Shown: in pieces, positions 61,201 through 64,000 of the stretch
Layout: every line of letters begins with the position of its first letter
Numbering within the stretch: the stretch's first letter is position 1
From: Octopus sinensis
Taxonomy: Eukaryota
Direction of reading: 5' to 3'
Length of the DNA: 64,000 bases
NCBI RefSeq assembly: GCF_006345805.1
Contig: NW_021832611.1
Coordinates: forward strand, 1 to 64,000
Notes under the pieces: model-generated
Database searches by the model: none
What the model saw: the letters and a program-made list of their open reading frames with translations, nothing else
What the model was told of the DNA's origin: nothing
Position numbers and translations under genes: made by a program

Positions 61201-61361
61201 TTCAATCATCTCGAGGAGGAGTCACGACAGTCGCGAAACGAGCTGGCTTTTTCAGCGGATATCGTTCGCGATATTACGTGGAAATTGCCTGTCCATCCGC
61301 TCGGCGACTCATCTAAATTAGTTAATTTCTCTTCTCTATTTTTCTTGTTTTTTAAAAAAAA
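58299..61361 (+). mobile_element. Full-length CRE-clade RLE non-LTR retrotransposon (~3.06 kb) with a few frameshifts
   Basis: TSD aacagacga (58290-58298 and 61362-61370); poly-A; PKSARIQVA, RPIAVG, KIDVKNAFN, QQGDPLGP, WYLDD, CRCG, RPDG...VWDVTCVDS. Confidence 0.95.
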
Positions 61362-62328
61362 AACAGACGAGCTCTTAGATCATGAGCAATGTAAAAAATA
61401 TAACCTAAATTAATACAAATATTCGAGAGTTATTTATAAAATATCCATTAAAGAAATGTCGAAATCATTTCTATAATCACAGGAACTAATTTATGACGGA
61501 AAAACGATTTTGAATCTCAAATAAATTTGACTGCAATAGCATCTACAGTTGTTTTAACCATTTTAACCAAAAAGTATATTGTGCTCGACAAATATTTTCT
61601 TGCACAAGAAATCCGATGGAATGTATAACGAAATAATTAGGACATTGTTCTATTTAACTTTCCCATTAAGGAAGCACGATATTACTGAATTAGTAGGAAG
61701 ACGACTGAGGAATTGAGTGGAGTGACTGTAGTTTAGTTTGTTCGTACAAACAATCAAAATCAATGTTATATCGATCATCATTCATCAACAACAATAAAAA
61801 TCATTGGAGAATTTAATACCTGGACATAGAAATAGCTTTAATATTAAAAACTAAAACTTTGAAACTCCAAGAAAATTTTTTTTATTTCCAAAAGAAAGGA
61901 CCAGGAGTGTCGATTTTTAAAAAAATTAGTAGTTCTATACTTAAATGGGATGTAAGACTACCAGGAGCCAACAATAGCACAAAAAACGAATTCTCGTAAA
62001 TTAGATATAGTCAATACGGCAGTGCGGTTTTGTGGTTTGTTAAACATATTTCACCTCGCAGAAAATTTCCAATATATAGATCTGTTATTCAAATAAATTT
62101 AATCTTAAATATGGCGTCAATTATTTTATTATAATAATTCTATTTTAAGATATTTTGTTTATTCCTAATTGTTATTTTATCAATTAAGTTCAAATCGTCA
62201 TATTTGCGCTTTTAAAGAAATTTTAAACTAGTTCTGAATCAGGTGTGTATTTTAATATATAATTAATTTGCCAAAATGAATCATTTATGATTCACATCAA
62301 TACATAAAATTTATATAGATTGACCCAG

Positions 62329-64000
62329 ATGAATCAATATTTAAGTCCATTGATCTCACATAAAGAAAATCAGCAGCTCATATACTGTATGGGGAGAGGA
62401 AGAGAAGTATGTAACCTAATAATACGTGATTTAATATATAGATAATATATTCTACTATTGCTCAACTATATAATGTAAACAACGATATACCTCGTTCATG
62501 GAGACACCAAGCAACAGGAGTAATTTGTTTAGTGAAAAATCATATTGGAAAATGTTTTGTTTTGGCATTTTATAATCTTAAATCAGTATTTTTGTCAAAT
62601 TCATCTCTAAAGTGTGAACTAATTCTGAAACAAGATCTTTATTATAAAATGCCTTATTCTGAACAGACACAGTTTCTTCATTCTTTTGAAACTAAAGTTT
62701 GACTTATTTTTTATATTGATTTGACCTAATTTCTTGAATTTTGGTCAATATGCTAATAGATTACTTTGATTACTTTGTTAGGACTCAGTTATCGGATTGA
62801 ACTTTGCCTTTGAGCAAGACGCGAAAAAATTTATTAAAAACGTTCAAACCAAGCTCGAAATGATCCGCAATATACGAGGTAGGAATATTATTTTATTTCA
62901 ATATTTCTATGATTCAATATTATACATTACACTATCATTTTATTTCATAATTTAATTTTTAGAAAAAGGATTTTACAATATCGACTCAACAAGTTCTCGT
63001 TTGTGTATTTCATTTACTTATTTTTAGCTGAATCTACCACAAGAAAAAGCAAATCTGTAATTGAAAAATTTAAAAAAGGTTTATATTAACATATTTAAAA
63101 CATCAGATTTAAAAAATAAAAGTCGTAAAATTTCATTCTTTGGAAAAAAAGATACAAGTAATAATGTTTAAAAGAATTCTAGATGATTTTGATTATGGCA
63201 ATTGTCTGATTTCTGAACCGAAGGATCCTCATGTTGTTTTACACTATGGAGAATCTGTAAGTCAAATTGTAGCTTTATTTATTTTAAAGGGGATTGTACT
63301 TGATGAAAAAGCTAAAAATAAATTCAGTGAGATAGGATATACTGATGATCAACTAAAAGACCCAAAAATCGTACAATCGCTCATTTCTTCTATTTCTAAT
63401 TGTAAAGGAAACCTAAATGAAATAAAAAATACTGCTCCCAAAAAAACTAAAAAAAGTAATAAATAATTTTTCTACTTCTTAGGTTCTAAATCAAAGAAAA
63501 AAGAAAGCCAGAATTTAGTTAATTTTGACGATATAGTAATCGGAGAACCACGTAATCCAATGTAATTTCAAATGGAATTTTTTATACTATTAGACACACA
63601 GGGGAAGCGGACTTGACATTAAAATATGGCATGAATTTTGGTATGTAAATATATGAAATCATTAATTTTAGATAATGGCTCAAAATATTGTTTTAATAAG
63701 ATTGGCGATAATAACGTTAAAAGTAATGAATAATATATTATTTTTAGCTGAAATGTCTATTCCTGTCGATTTTGAATCGATTAATGACATGTCATCAAAT
63801 ACGCCATTAAATAAGAGTTCATTGTCAGGTATGAAGTCTGTTTGAAACATCAATTCAGATTCACAATTTAATATTCATTCGAACATGCAACCAAATTTTA
63901 TGCCTCCTCCGTTTGTTCCCGATAAATTTTTTAGATCTGAACAATTGGATATATCAAATAATTTATCACAAAAACCCTTGCCATCGTCATCTCAAATAAT
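62329..64000 (+). CDS. WASP/N-WASP-family protein (WH1 + CRIB), runs off the window
   Basis: HKENQQL, IAQLY, W..GVICLVKN, LKQDLY..M.Y...FLHSF, GLNFA.E..AKKF; CRIB-like ISEPKDPHVVLH; SEIGYTDDQLKD. Confidence 0.85.

Noticed and set aside
61500-61850. APE endonuclease relic (FLAQEIRW, IIGEFN)
   Set aside because: The motifs are too short and lie in broken frames

Overview
AT-rich eukaryotic, animal-like genomic DNA with ultra-short spliceosomal introns (about 24-34 nt) and dense transposon debris. Recognisable host genes are a RhoGAP, an ML/NPC2-like gene, BAZ1A/ACF1, MEPCE, STX17, POLG, TBCE, a WASP-family gene and a broken NRAMP. A ~14 kb block (5662-19671) is tandemly duplicated (19681-39636), and the two copies differ by insertions that can be read against their empty sites. 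The main result: the 5.8 kb '53-bp satellite' at 29150-34935 is, on the minus strand, an array of about 109 units of [27-nt phase-1 micro-exon + ~26-nt GT-AG intron]. These splice in frame between signal-peptide exons and a transmembrane exon, predicting a type-I membrane mucin of (IPTTKSTTT)n type. The paralog in the first copy has only 7 such micro-exons. Mobile elements include many CRE-clade RLE retroelements (one full-length), a full-length Ingi/Vingi-like LINE with an HDV-like ribozyme and a 2A peptide, R4-like fragments, a tRNA-headed SINE, and Merlin-like and hAT deletion derivatives. Frequent 1-bp homopolymer indels at about 19.7-32.4 kb may be assembly errors. All gene models were spliced and translated by hand; no database searches were run.
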